Of a stretch of 64,000 nucleotides of DNA, positions 1 through 14,115 are shown piece after piece. The stretch's first letter is position 1, and the number at the start of each line of letters is the position of its first letter. A model generated the notes under the pieces. It worked only from the letters and a program-made list of their open reading frames with translations, was not told the DNA's origin and made no database searches. The position numbers and the translations under genes were made by a program. Origin of the DNA: Oopsacas minuta (taxonomy: Eukaryota > Animalia > Porifera); contig JAKMXF010000321.1 in assembly GCA_024704765.1 (NCBI GenBank), forward strand, positions 1-64,000, written 5' to 3'.

Positions 1-775
1 GGGAAGACAATCTCGCTCCTTTCCTTGTTTTCCAAAAAATTCTCACGCCCCCCGGTTCACCCTTTTCAGCTAGAATCCAATCAAACGCCATCCGCCTACA
101 TTCATCTACTTGAAATAACCTTTAAGTCCTCCTCTATGGTTCAGTTCATAACTAATCAAGTCAACACTCCGATCAGCTAGTCAACTAGCACAGAAATCCA
201 CACAGCCGTCCCCTTGGTTCACCCTTTTCAGCTAGAATCCAATCAAAGTCTCGCTCGTCCATATTTGAAACACTTTCGTGTATCTCATACTTCGACGCAT
301 TAACACACATCATCGATTGTCTAGTTATCTAGAATACTGGGAAGACATTCTCGCTCCTTTCCTTGTTTTCCAAAAAATTCTCACGCCCCCCGGTTCACCC
401 TTTTCAGCTAGAATCCAATCAAACGCCATCCGCCTACATTCATCTACTTGAAATAACCTTTAAGTCCTCCTCTATGGTTCAGTTCATAACTAATCAAGTC
501 AACACTCCGATCAGCTAGTCAACTAGCACAGAAATCCACACAGCCGTCCCCTTGGTTCACCCTTTTCAGCTAGAATCCAATCAAAGTCTCGCTCGTCCAT
601 ATTTGAAACACTTTCGTGTATCTCATACTTCGACGCATTAACACACATCATCGATTGTCTAGTTATCTAGAATACTGGGAAGACATTCTCGCTCCTTTCC
701 TTGTTTTCCAAAAAATTCTCACGCCCCCCGGTTCACCCTTTTCAGCTAGAATCCAATCAAACGCCATCCGCCTAC
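1..775. repeat. 338-bp tandem satellite, about 2.3 copies visible, probably continuing left of the window
   Basis: Unit starts (GGGAAGACA..) at 1, 339 and 677 with near-identical copies. A 32-bp internal duplication GGTTCACCCTTTTCAGCTAGAATCCAATCAAA occurs at 54 and 216 within the unit. Confidence 0.95.
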
Positions 776-785
776 TTCAATATAC

Positions 786-980
786 TTTATAAGACATGCT
801 GGTTATAAGATCATGTCCTTATAAGAAATGCTTGTATAGAACTTGTTCTTATATAAGACATGCTGGTTATAAGAACATGTCCTTATAAGACATATTAGTT
901 ATATGTACATGTTCTTGTGTATGAATATGCCGGATATATGAACACTATGTCCAGTTCTTGACGATGTTCTTATAACCTGC
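786..980. repeat. Degenerate short-period repeat of TTATAAGA(A)CATG-type words
   Basis: Multiple direct and inverted copies of ttataagacatg / catgttcttata / catgtccttataag. Confidence 0.6.
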
Positions 981-1323
981 TTTGAATGTATCACTTGTGT
1001 TGTAACTGTTGTAACACGTCTATTTAGAGAGTTTCCTTTCTCATCTCCTTCGTATATTGTCTATTGTTATTCTTGCTATATTGTAATAATGACAGTAATT
1101 GCGAATTTGTTACTTCATATGTAACATTAATCGATTTTTACAAATTTCTTAATATTTTGAATATTCCAAAAATAGCGAATATCGTAAAGATTCCAAACAA
1201 TTATTATGTTACATCAAATTGTTGGAATCTCATTAATTCTTCCAATTAGTGAGGTGTTAATATTTTGTATTTAATAGAATTTAATAACATTGTTTACAGA
1301 ATAATTATAACAAGAATGATAAC

Positions 1324-3221
<1,898 letters not shown>

Positions 3222-3386
3222 TTGATTGGCTAGCTAGTTGTTGCCATAAAGTTACTTGGTGTCAAAATATGAATATATATCTCAGTAACAGATGCATAGA
3301 CCTGTTCCTTAGACAGGTGTTAATATATGTATAATCATAATTAACGAATTCTTGTAATAACTAAGTTCAAACTAACAAAACTAATT

Positions 3387-4063
3387 TTAGAATCTGAGCT
3401 TCTGGAAGAACCACTTATTCTTTCCTGTCTTATATCTACAAATTAACAAACAAAAAACAAATGTATCTACAGTGTAAACAAATATGAATATAGTGTATAT
3501 TGGTTATAAGAACACACTTAATAGTAGCAATACATGTGCTGATAACAGGAATATATGAGAACCGGTTTCCAGAGCATGGTGCTTATTTACGGCATGTTCT
3601 TATATCCATCATTATAGTAAACAAGTAAACAAATAAATAAATCACATACCTTTGCTCAAAAACATTCTTAACAATTTCCCGCGCTTTTCTGCGTAATTTC
3701 TTCTCTCTGAAGCAATCCTTGTTTACTTTTGAAGTGTCAAGTTTAAGCTCAACTGAATATCTAAAATAAACAAATAAACATATTCCAGAGAGTTTCCTTA
3801 GTAACCTACCTAGTGGGCATAAGATGATTATAATTGAGGAGACGGACAAATGGCTTAATGCGACACCTTCGTGACACTTTTTTCTTGCTCATACGCCTCG
3901 TCACCTTGCGGGGGTATCTCTCAATTCCTGCCACCAGGGCGTGACTGAAAGCCTTCCCTTTGTCCTGTCCTCCTTCAAAGGTCTTCACTACTACGCCCTT
4001 CTTACCCGCGTGTCTACCGGCCAGGACCACAACCACTTTATTCGGTTTCATTATTTTACCCAT
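3387..4063 (-). CDS. RPL27: 60S ribosomal protein L27 (eL27), 3 exons: 4063-3810, 3760-3650, 3435-3387
   Basis: [27 protein letters not shown]...[13 protein letters not shown]...[16 protein letters not shown]. Introns of 49 and 214 bp splice in frame. Confidence 0.97.
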
Positions 4064-4142
4064 TTTAGCTATATCATATAAAGGTGTTAATAAAATAGAA
4101 TAAAGTGAAAATAGAAATAGAATTGTAAAATAAATTAATAAT

Positions 4143-6014
4143 TCAAAGAGAGAACTCTTGTGTGGGGGGAGCAGAAGGGGGAGGGGACACTGGTACAATA
4201 GAGGTGTTAGGATACACTCTCGAAAGGTTGGTCACTTCTTTTTGAGCAGCTGAGAAATCGAATTCTTGATCAAACAGAATTCCTTCTGTCCTATCCAGTA
4301 GGGTAGGTGATATACCTCTAGTCTCTGATTCACAGACTACATCCTCAAAATATGAATAATCAAATCTGACAGGTAGAAATGAGCACTCCTTGAGGGGACA
4401 CGGGTCTGCCCTCTCTCTAAGGTTTCTCTTATCGATTCGCCTCTCCTCAGAAGTACGAACAGTCAGATCAGAGAATAGAGAAGTGTTACGTGCATCGAAG
4501 TAAGGATTCTCAACTTTAATTTTAGAGAATTTGTGTGATAAATTAGAGTTGGGCGCCAATTGTCTTTTGGTTCCAGTTCTTACGTCACTTCTTATATCAG
4601 AACTCATTGATGAGGAATTTAACCAATCAGCTGATTGGGATGAATTAGTGTCAATTATTGATAAATCATTAGGAAGGAAGAAGTGATTCGATTGGTTGTT
4701 TAATTGATTGAGTAATGGATCAGCTGTTGAACTTGAGAATATATCAGCTGGTGAATCTGAAGGAAGCTCAGCTGATACAGGATGTGATAAAACAGCTGAC
4801 GGATCAGCTGTTTCTGTATTTAGGAGATTAATTGGCAGAGCAGGTGTTAGAATATCTGAGAACTCTATTGGCGGATCAACTGATACATTATTTGAAATGG
4901 TAATTGGGAAATCAGCTGATTCAGCTGGTGGATCTGGATCAGCTGTTATAGGATCAGAGAATTCTATTGGCTGACTATGTGCAGGAGCAGATGGAGCAGC
5001 TGATTCGTAATCCATTTGGCAGTCAGAAGCTCCAGCCGTGAAGAAATAATCTCCTGTAGAGAGGGAAGAGGGAGAGCTGAAGGGGATAGAATCCGGTTTA
5101 TCAAATAATGACCGGATAGACCGGACAGATGTTAACAAGATATTACTGTCAGGCATAACTGAAGGGGGTAGCTCTGTTACCCTGAGGGTAGAGGAGTCCA
5201 GGAATGCAATGTGAAGTGTGTAATGTCTGTCTAACAGAAGAAATGATAACTGATGACCACTAACAGCTGATACATCTATTATTTGTAAGGAGAGAGACAG
5301 TTCCTTCCAGGAAGGAGAATTAACCAATGGAAGGAGAGATATACTCTGTCCCTCAGAGGACAGACCGCATAAGTGTCCGTTATTAAGTAACACCTTTGAT
5401 AAATTAGGAATTTTGGGCGTGAATAAAGAGAAGAAGGTTCGATCAGCTGATATAGACATTTTCAACCAATGAGAATACGGAGATCTTAGAATTTGTAAAT
5501 CTGATCCAATTAGACAAATTACGTCCTCACTAGAAGTCATACAGTAACAGCTGGGAGGGGAAATACGGGGCAGAGGTCTAGACTCATTTGGCGCCTCAAT
5601 CTGGGAAATATGTAGGAATTCAGAATCTGTATTTCTGAAACAAATATTCTCCCGCCCGATTTGGAAATCTCTGCACTTTGTAGAAACCTGTGACCAGCTG
5701 ATCGCAGAGTTCTGGACCGATTCAACACTCCCCAGGTACAATGATTGGTCCATTTTCAGTCCAAGGACACCCTCAAATCCCAGCTCTAGCTGTACTTCAT
5801 CAGCAACCAAGCCGGGTGTTTGGAATTTATGCCATTTACATTCCCCGCCCTTTATTCCATCGAAGTAGAATAGATTTTGATTGGTTGAGTCTGTCACGTG
5901 TCCCACGGCCCATAAATTGTTCCCCACAAGGGGCTGAGAGGAGGAAGTCTGTTTTTGAGTGATCACATTGGTCAGTGAGTAGGATTCTGCGGGTAATGTA
6001 TAGTGAGATTCCAT
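4143..6014 (-). CDS. Single-exon 623-aa protein: N-terminal putative tectonin-like beta-propeller, acidic Pro/Ser/Asp-rich low-complexity middle, unknown C-terminus
   Basis: Long intact ORF. Repeated W-x4-containing blades (LWAVG, KWHKF, SWSQVS, HWLKMS, SWKELSL) resemble tectonin/Hyd-WA repeats. The family call is tentative. Confidence 0.6.
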   Translation of the reverse strand: MESHYTLPAESYSLTNVITQKQTSSSQPLVGNNLWAVGHVTDSTNQNLFYFDGIKGGECKWHKFQTPGLVADEVQLELGFEGVLGLKMDQSLYLGSVESVQNSAISWSQVSTKCRDFQIGRENICFRNTDSEFLHISQIEAPNESRPLPRISPPSCYCMTSSEDVICLIGSDLQILRSPYSHWLKMSISADRTFFSLFTPKIPNLSKVLLNNGHLCGLSSEGQSISLLPLVNSPSWKELSLSLQIIDVSAVSGHQLSFLLLDRHYTLHIAFLDSSTLRVTELPPSVMPDSNILLTSVRSIRSLFDKPDSIPFSSPSSLSTGDYFFTAGASDCQMDYESAAPSAPAHSQPIEFSDPITADPDPPAESADFPITISNNVSVDPPIEFSDILTPALPINLLNTETADPSAVLSHPVSAELPSDSPADIFSSSTADPLLNQLNNQSNHFFLPNDLSIIDTNSSQSADWLNSSSMSSDIRSDVRTGTKRQLAPNSNLSHKFSKIKVENPYFDARNTSLFSDLTVRTSEERRIDKRNLRERADPCPLKECSFLPVRFDYSYFEDVVCESETRGISPTLLDRTEGILFDQEFDFSAAQKEVTNLSRVYPNTSIVPVSPPPSAPPTQEFSL

Positions 6015-6064
6015 TGGCTAATTAAATATAAGAATTAAATGAATTAAGAAATAAACACAAATAA

Positions 6065-6556
6065 TTATTTATAAATTCTCCTTTCTTTTCTAGGATTTGG
6101 TTTTGGTTTTGGTTTTTCCTGAACATTTTCAGAGCTAGAACGTAACCATGGAGACAGCAGAGGCCAAACTATGTAAACTACACGAATAGGCGCCACAACG
6201 ATTAAACACCAAAAGTAGTCCGTAAAAAGTGCGCCAAATTGAAGTAGCGCGGAAAATAGAATCAAATCTTTCATGTGTTCTCCCATTCCATTGGTCAGAG
6301 ATAGATCTATGCCTCCGTCGATCAGCTGATTTCCTGAGAACTTCGGACGGGCAATAGAGCGCATAACTCTAATAGCTAAATAATGCATTCCAATCATGAG
6401 AGCAGTTGCTAGGCTACGCAGCCAAGAAAAAAATGCAACAACTGAGATAATCTGAACAGCTGATGAGCATAAACTGATTCGCCAATAGAATTCAAGAGCA
6501 GCCTGATTTTCATTGTAGATTTCTTGTTTACCTTTTGTGCGTTGTTTAGGAGGCAT
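6065..6556 (-). CDS. TMEM208: TMEM208 / SND2 ER membrane protein
   Basis: MPPKQRTKGKQEIYNEN, LIDGGIDL, GMGEHMKDLIL and hydrophobic segments match the DUF788 family. Confidence 0.9.
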   Translation of the reverse strand: MPPKQRTKGKQEIYNENQAALEFYWRISLCSSAVQIISVVAFFSWLRSLATALMIGMHYLAIRVMRSIARPKFSGNQLIDGGIDLSLTNGMGEHMKDLILFSALLQFGALFTDYFWCLIVVAPIRVVYIVWPLLSPWLRSSSENVQEKPKPKPNPRKERRIYK

Positions 6557-6632
6557 TGATTGGAATGTGAACTAATTAATTATATGAATAACTTGTAAAC
6601 ACAAACAAATTACTATTAGAATTAAGAACCAA

Positions 6633-7046
6633 TCAATTTTGAGCTTTAGAAAGTCTAATACATTGGCGCCTAATCTGTCCAGCTGTTTTCTGCCAAATAT
6701 TCAGCTTAGAATCACGCGCCATTTTATGGTAGTCATCCCCGTACTTGTCAATCAGCTGATTTAACAGCTGTTTAGTGTGCCAATCAAAATACACAACTTG
6801 TACAGATTCCTGTCTATCAGTAGCTTGCTTAGAAGTTAGTTCCAGTTCCTTAACCACTTCAGACGGCACATTTTTCACATCTTTCTTAAGCCTATTTGCG
6901 TCAGCTGATACTCCCATCCTCTCATAGTTACGTTTTACAGATAGACCCACCCGCCAATGCTTACGGATGACATTGTCATTAGCCCGCCTCTTTTTTTGGC
7001 GCCGTTTCTTGGATATAACAATTTTTCTATTTCTATTTTTAGACAT
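6633..7046 (-). CDS. NOP16: Nucleolar protein 16
   Basis: Basic N-terminus, KHW..SVKRNYERMGV, LIDKYGDDYHKMARDSKLNIWQKTAGQIRR. Confidence 0.9.
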   Translation of the reverse strand: MSKNRNRKIVISKKRRQKKRRANDNVIRKHWRVGLSVKRNYERMGVSADANRLKKDVKNVPSEVVKELELTSKQATDRQESVQVVYFDWHTKQLLNQLIDKYGDDYHKMARDSKLNIWQKTAGQIRRQCIRLSKAQN

Positions 7047-7118
7047 ATCAAATTTCTATTGTATGCCCAGACTATGTATAAATAGATAAAGCAAGAATCT
7101 GATTGGTTGAATTATGTT
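7047..7118. promoter_or_regulatory. 72-bp divergent intergenic spacer between NOP16 and the PH-domain gene; candidate bidirectional promoter
   Basis: Lies between two outward-facing ATGs (7046 minus, 7119 plus). Contains TATAAATA and a CCAAT box (CTGATTGG). Confidence 0.55.
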
Positions 7119-8679
7119 ATGGAACATACCAGGAGTGATAGTGTGGCAAGCAACGAATCTATTGGCTCAAATATTTCAGGATATCTCCTGAAGAAGAGTA
7201 AGTTATAATTAGTTTCAGTTCCAGTTTACATTAATTTAATTGCATAAGTTTACAAGTAGTGGTAGCTTGGAATGTATAAAAATAGTTAATCACAGGTGAC
7301 GTCATTCAAATTCACACATAAATTTGAGAATGAGGGTCTCTTGTCTGGGTTCTGATTCCAGCACTGGGTCATGAGTTTATAAGCACCCTCCGGACAGCCC
7401 TCCTCTGGCTCATCCAATCGTAGACCGTGTGGTACTCTGTCCAGGACAAGATCATCTGACAACAGTTCGTAGGGCTGTCTGGAGAATGTGAATACTTCCC
7501 AGCAAAATACGCCGAATGCCCAAACATCTGATTTGGTTGTAAATTGAGAATTCTGTAAACTCTCTGGAGACATCCATCTACAAACATTAAGATTAATACC
7601 CAGGGGTCAAAATTGTCCCCTAAGGAGTGCATCCTCACCTGACGGGTACAAATTCGTTGTCCCTCTTATAGTAATCTCCTGGGAACAGATTAGGACCAAT
7701 GGGTAGATTAATGAGCTTAATATCGAGGGAGGAGGACACACAACAGTTCCGTGAGGCCACGTCTCTAAATACCATATCATTCTGAGCTAAGAACTCCAGA
7801 CCCAGGGCAGCCTGACTACACATTCTAAGGAGGAGGTCTTGTGTTAACAAGAGGTTAGCGTCTACACCTGATTGACTCTTAGATGGAGTACGGGATAGAG
7901 AATTAGTTCCAATTTGCTCTTTATAGTTCCTGAGGAATTCCTTGAGACACCCTCTGTCTGAGTACTCGTATATGACGTAATAAGGCTCCACAGAGGTACA
8001 AATTCCAAGTACCCTACTCAGGTTGTCATGGTAGAGAAAGAATACAGGCCAGGTGTGTAACTCATCTGGTTTAGGGAAAGATCCCTCATCACTTTTAGAG
8101 ATGTAACACTCTACAGCTACGTGTCTCCTCTTCCCCAAGAACTCCTCTATTGTACCTTCTATAATTGGACCATAAGCACCGTCTCCTAGACGGGTACCAA
8201 AGCTGAGCTCATCTCTGGGGAAGCCGATTAGAGGGAACTTCAAGTCAGGCTTTTGACTACAAACAAACAAACAAATAAATAAATATTGATTTGTATAAGC
8301 AAACAATATAAAACTAACTTCTCCGGCTGTGAGGGTGCAGAGGTCTGTTGTGAAGACACCAGAGGTTGGTACTTAGGAGAGAGCTTACCTCTGAGACGAT
8401 TGGGGGAGTCCTCCTGATTCCTGAGATCAAGAGATCTGTGTTTAGAGCAGGACCGTCTAGCCATTAGTGCCACACACACGACACAGCTGGCTAGCAGAAT
8501 AGTGGCACATAAGGTGATACATATTGGCACTAAGACATATACGAGGGTAGGAGTAGGGGGATAGGGGAACAGAGGAGAGGAGGAGAGGACAATAATCTGG
8601 ACAAGTACAGATATAGAGTTATTCTGATTGGTTGGATCTGTAGCTGTACACTCATAAGTACCAGCTGATGATAGCTATA

Positions 8680-8714
<35 letters not shown>

Positions 8715-11700
8715 CAACAACAAATTGATCGATCAATTCTCACCTTTATTTCCGGAATAATCAAAGTTCCATCAGCTAAGGTGTCTAACAGCTGAGAGGA
8801 GTTTATTTGGCGCCAAGAGACGATAGGAGGCGGGGATCCATCAGCGTCACATTCCACAGATCCTCTGATCCCCTCGTATAGAGTAACGGACTTATAAGGT
8901 GTCATAATGATTGGTCCAAATCTTACAATTACAGTAAATGTCTGTTTGATAGCTTCAAAATCTGATTGGCTGAATGAAAAGCATTTGTATTCACCCGCGT
9001 TTTCTTGAGTAGCTCTAAATTGGAACTAAAATAAATTCTACTTTTAGTAACAGAATATGGAACTTACTGAATGATAGTCAGCTGATTATTCCAGACAATA
9101 TTATTGGTTGAATTCTTAATCTCTTCGTTTCCATAAAACCACAAATATGAAGGATTTGTGCCACCAATTGTGTCACAGGTGACAACTAATGTGTCGCCTT
9201 CATTAATCAGCTGATTGCCTATCTTCCCATCAAATGCTAAGGTGTCATTCATGGCAAGAAAGATTGAATCTGATTGGACGGTTATGGAGCTAGAGGAGGT
9301 TGCTATTTCTACAAAACAGCTGTATTCTCCTGAGCTGGTTACCTCCAGCTGATTCATATCTCCAATCAGCTGATCAGATTTATACCAGCTGTATAACACT
9401 TGCCCATTAATTGAAATATTACACGTTAATATTATGACGTCAATAAACACTATATGAGATACAGCTGGAGTATCAGCCAATAGAATTGTAGCAATTGGAG
9501 AGGGTAAGATTGATAAATCAGCTGATACGAGGATAAAGCCCGCCAAATTATACGCCACACAGGTGTACACACCGACATCTGATTGGCTGAAACTATTAAT
9601 ATGTAGAAATCCATTATCCAGTATATTGATACCAGTAACAGAGGTGTTGGAGAGAGGAGAGGACATACCGGACCGGTACCAGAGGAGCAGGGGTATAGGG
9701 TCCCCAGAGGGAGGGGAACAAGGGAGGTCTACTGACTCTGTCGGGAATATCTGTCTGGAGGGAGGAGAGAGAGTGAATGTGTTCTCCAAATCTAAATATA
9801 GAATCAATAATCAGCTGATTAATAAGATGTATGAAATAACATACTTGGAATTATAATCTGGAAATTGGAATTAATTATCCCAGGTGTGTCAAGATAACAG
9901 CTGTAATTATCCGCCAGAGATGAGGTAAGAGATGAAATTAATAATGTGGAACTATAAGGTGTTAGTTCCAATGATAGACCAGATGGCAGAGCAGAAGGTG
10001 TTAGAATTGTGTCGGATTTATTCCAACTCAAATCAGTTCCATTACATACCATAGAAACAGCTGATGATTCATTTCTGTAAAGCAAGAAATCTGATTGGTC
10101 AATTATAACAGTTACAACAGCTGATGACATCACAGAACCTATAAATAGAACAAATTAATATTTGTTACTCAAAATAGATCAGATTAAATACCTTCTGAAT
10201 TGGTTGCTATGCAAGTGTATTCTCCAGCTACTGCAGATGATGTCACAGGAACTGACAGCTGATTGGTTGAGCCTAAAGAGGCGCCAGAATGTGTCCAATT
10301 AATGGAGCCAGGGGGCCATGAGTCCGGGTAACAGGACAGAAATATGGTCTCTCCAATCCTGACATCTGATTGGCGGATATAGAATGAAGAGTTAGCTATA
10401 AATAGAACTTGAATTGTCACTTCTAAAGAAATCTGTGTGGAGTTAGTTAGGTTAGCAACGCATTGGAATGTGGAACCATTGAGAGATCGATTAGCTGATA
10501 TTATGATGTGGCTAGCTGTCAGCTGATTGGTTGAATTAAAGTATTCTGAGTCTAGAATGGTGCCTGAACTGTCTGTCCAGAAGACAGCATCTGATTGGCT
10601 GTGAGAGCAATTAATAATCAGCTGTTGATCAGCTGATACCGTGAGGTATGGGGGATCAGAGACAACTTCAGGCGGAAGACTGTAAAGTGCGGGGATTGAC
10701 AATATTAACAATACTAATAGCATTCTAATTACAAGATTATTAAGCATACCTAAAGGATAATTGGTTACTAAGCTATAAATTTGGATAATTATAGGGAATT
10801 TATAATATAATTGTAGGTGTTAAAATATGATTAACTCTAATTAAATAATAATTATTTTAGGCGGGAAGAGGCGTGTAAGATGGAAGAAGAGATGGTTTAC
10901 TCTGAGAAGTGATATCCTTCTGTACTACGAAAATGAGAGGACTCTTAACTGCCGAGGGAGCATGGACTTGTCTGAGAGCAGAGGACTTAGGAAGCACACA
11001 GAAATAAAGAAAATAAAGAATTTACCAAAATCAGCTGATGAGAAATATGTGTTTGGAATTGCAATTAAGAAAAGGGTGTTTATAGTCTGTGCGGAAGATG
11101 CGATGAATTACTCGTAAGTTAATAGCAACTACCTAGGTAAATGGAATGTAATTACTTGTTTGTTTAGAGATTGGACATGGTCCCTACACTCAGCAATTAC
11201 ACAGGTAAATTAATAATATGCAGAGGTGTGAAAATGTGTATATAAAAATATCTATTCTAGTCAAACCCTGAAGTAGTACAACAGAGTATAGGGAACTTTG
11301 TGGGTAACAGAACAGACCCCTTCCAATGGATTGGTGACGATACAGATTGCTATGAATCAGATAGTTCCAGTTCTGAGGACGATGCAATCCAAGCTACGCG
11401 TGAGAACTCCAAGCTAGACTTACAAACTATACAAAAAATGAAAAAGTCTGCAAGCAAGCAATCCCTCAAATCTGATTCGTGGAAGGAGGATAGGATTAAA
11501 TTGGTACAAACACCTGATGGACTGAAAATGAAACAAAATTCTAAAACTGAAACCAAGAATTCTTCAAAGTAAGTTATAATGTTACTAATAATAGAATAAA
11601 CAGGTGATACGTCTGTCTACAGATATCTACCAGCTAAATTCCCGCTTAAAGACAGATTCAATTCTACTACTAACTGGTCACAGAACCATTCTGCCCCCTC

Positions 11701-13029
11701 AACACCTACCCTCTCCCACAAACCCAAGTACAGTTACGACCAATCAGAATCAAGCAAATCGAAACTAGCACGTGCTAGTACTCCGTTAGGTGCGATGAGT
11801 AGCAAAATGAGGAGCTCCCTCTCTAAGATTAAAATATCAGGGTCTATGAATGACCTCAGGGATGTTATTAGACCCCAGAGCTCATTGGAGAGAGCTGCAC
11901 CCTCTAAACTCCTCAAAAGGAGTTCTTCAGGAACAACAGCTGATGAGGAACAGAGGGCTGCCAGAGCCCTGGAGGAGTGTTTAGATGAAGTAGAGGTGTT
12001 TAAGCAGCAGATAGAGACATTCCTAGGTAACTATATCTTTGTTATGATGTAATTCTGTCCAATAATTAAGAGAAATATTTGTAGGTAAAGAGGTCCTGTT
12101 AGAACAAGACCTAACAAGAATGATACATGACAAGAGTCTGCATCCTAACGGATACAGGAAGTTTAAAGGTATGAGGGATACGGTGAGGTCTATACTACAG
12201 AATCTGTACAAGGGATTAGTAGCAGTAGCAGAGCCACCTTTTATAAGAAAGGAGGCTGCAACAGGTATGAAACTATGTAATTAAAGTACATAACAATTGT
12301 ATTATTGATCTAATTTTAGTTCTAGCAAAGTTTCAGTTTACAATCTACAAGATCCCTTCCTCCCCTCAGAGACCTGCATCCTCTCTCATGCTACAGACCT
12401 TAGGGGGTAGGAGACTAGAATGGGATTACTTTGATCCTCCAGCTGATTGCTGTCTTCATTATTATCTACAGCTACAGCTGGGAGATGATGGAATCAGACT
12501 AGTGGACATTATGACAACATTCCAATGCGAGATGTTCTGGGAGAACTTGCTGAGGGGCAAGGAGTCTAAATTCTCTATACAGATAGAGAGAGGAGTCGCT
12601 AAATGGCAGAAGGATCTAGAGAAGGTGAGTCTGTTATTTCATTGGTTAATTTCCAAATACTAATTTCCTTCATTTCCTTAGAGATTGGGAAGAAGGATAG
12701 GAATGTTTGTGGATATAACAGAGCTGCTGAGAGAAGTTCCTGACCAATCAATTCGCTACAAGGCGGTGGAGGGTGTAGGTAACAATTTCTGTAAGGACTC
12801 ATTAGGAAAATTAGTGGATATATTAGACAATCTAGTGGAAAATCAGCTGATTAAGAAACAGCTGAGAAAGAGACTGAGGTACATAGAATTGGCGCCTCTT
12901 CCAAAAGATTCTGAGAAAGATAAAGTGGTGGAGTGGCATGATGGTGGTCTTGTGGTGCGCGCCAAGTGGCATAATGGAGTAACAATTCAGTACATAGATA
13001 TATTTCAATGTTTTGAGAGTGAAACTTAA
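7119..13029 (+). CDS. PH-domain protein of unknown function; exon 1 7119-7197, exon 2 from 10861, further exons to 13029
   Basis: Exon 1 MEHTR...SGYLLKK ends at a phase-1 GTAAGT donor and joins exon 2 to give S-GKRRVRWKKRWFTLRSDILLYYENE..RGSMDL, completing a PH domain. Later exons with short GT-AG introns stay in frame where checked. Confidence 0.8.
7286..10747 (-). CDS. PTK7: PTK7/CCK4/off-track-like receptor pseudokinase: signal peptide, 7 Ig-like domains, TM, kinase-like domain; 7 exons
   Basis: Seven Cys..Trp..YxC Ig units and TM LVYVLVPICITLCATILL. Kinase fold has VAVE (no catalytic Lys), FRDVASRN and no DFG (INLPIG). VPVRWMSPE and KSDVWAFGV..WEVFT closely match PTK7. Confidence 0.82.
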
Positions 13030-13119
13030 GAAATAATAATATTATCTAAGTTATTAGAATATTACATTACAATCTGATACTATATATGCAGAACTATAGC
13101 TCATTAGTTCCAATTAAAA

Positions 13120-14115
13120 ATGAACTCAACCTGTATATTCACAGAAGAGGGGTACTGCATAGCTCTAGAGGTGATAAGAAGAATGATTGGTACCATATCG
13201 GTCCTGTCTAGCATATTTATTCTCGGATTAATCTTTCTATTCAGGAGATATGAATTCACTTCACAGAGACTTATCATGTATTTAGTAACAGCTACACTAT
13301 TTGACGCCCTGGCGTATGCAGTAGGAGGATCAGTAATCCGGACTTCTGTCCTCTGTACAATAGATGGATTCTACCTCTCTCTAGCTGACTGGGGTGTGGT
13401 GGTGTGGGTGTGTAACATAACTGTTAATCTCTTCTGGAATGTGGTAGTCCTCAGACCCACCAATCGTTACTTTGAAGTATTCTACATTTGTTCAGGGATA
13501 GTTGTGCCAATATTCTTTGGATTATTTCCATTCATCCATAATTCGTACGGACCAGCGGGTCAATGGTGTTGGATATTAGGGGAAACTACTACAGGACAGA
13601 TTTTAAGATTCCTCACATGGTACATTCCTATATGGCTAATTATTCCGGGATTATTCATAGTATTCTTGGTTATCATAATCAAGCTGTCCTGGGAGGTTAG
13701 GAGATGGGATCCTTATAACCCTGCCTCTGACAGATACAGAGATCTAATCCGTAAGGAGATCAAGCCTCTGATCCTCTACCCTCTGGTCTTCCTTCTCCTA
13801 AATGTGTTCCCCTCCATTAACAGGATACAGAACTCTATAGCCTCTGACAACCCAATATTTACACTATATATCCTACATTCCTTTAGTAGCTCGTTGTTAG
13901 GTTTAGGATGTACATTCATTTTTGTAATAAACAGAGAAACATTGAAAGATCTTAAATGGACAAACTTCAAACAGACCCTCTTGACAAGATTCAAGCCCCG
14001 TGGTAAAGTTGTGGAATTTGACGCCAGCTGTGAGAAACAGGTGAATGAGCACTCAGTAGAGGTAAACAAGACCTCTCTTGTCCAACAGGAGACTACAGAG
14101 GGTCCCATGTGTTAA
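13120..14115 (+). CDS. Single-exon 7TM receptor, cAMP-receptor-like (Dictyostelium CAR/CRL, GCR1, GPR157-like) family, copy 1
   Basis: Seven hydrophobic segments; LCTIDG..., YGPAGQWCWI, YPLVFLLLNVFPSINRIQ. Confidence 0.85.
   Translation: MNSTCIFTEEGYCIALEVIRRMIGTISVLSSIFILGLIFLFRRYEFTSQRLIMYLVTATLFDALAYAVGGSVIRTSVLCTIDGFYLSLADWGVVVWVCNITVNLFWNVVVLRPTNRYFEVFYICSGIVVPIFFGLFPFIHNSYGPAGQWCWILGETTTGQILRFLTWYIPIWLIIPGLFIVFLVIIIKLSWEVRRWDPYNPASDRYRDLIRKEIKPLILYPLVFLLLNVFPSINRIQNSIASDNPIFTLYILHSFSSSLLGLGCTFIFVINRETLKDLKWTNFKQTLLTRFKPRGKVVEFDASCEKQVNEHSVEVNKTSLVQQETTEGPMC

Noticed and set aside
1064-1249. 61-aa ORF
   Set aside because: Non-ATG start, AT-rich low-complexity 3' flank of SRPK, no recognisable domain.
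3436-3649. Possible snoRNA in the long RPL27 intron
   Set aside because: Only an imperfect C box (ATGATGG), no matching CTGA D box and no convincing H/ACA layout; the length is better explained by a dispersed repeat.
8995-9010. Suspected frameshift in a PTK7-like Ig exon
   Set aside because: On recount the run has four T's, giving in-frame ATQENAGEYKC.
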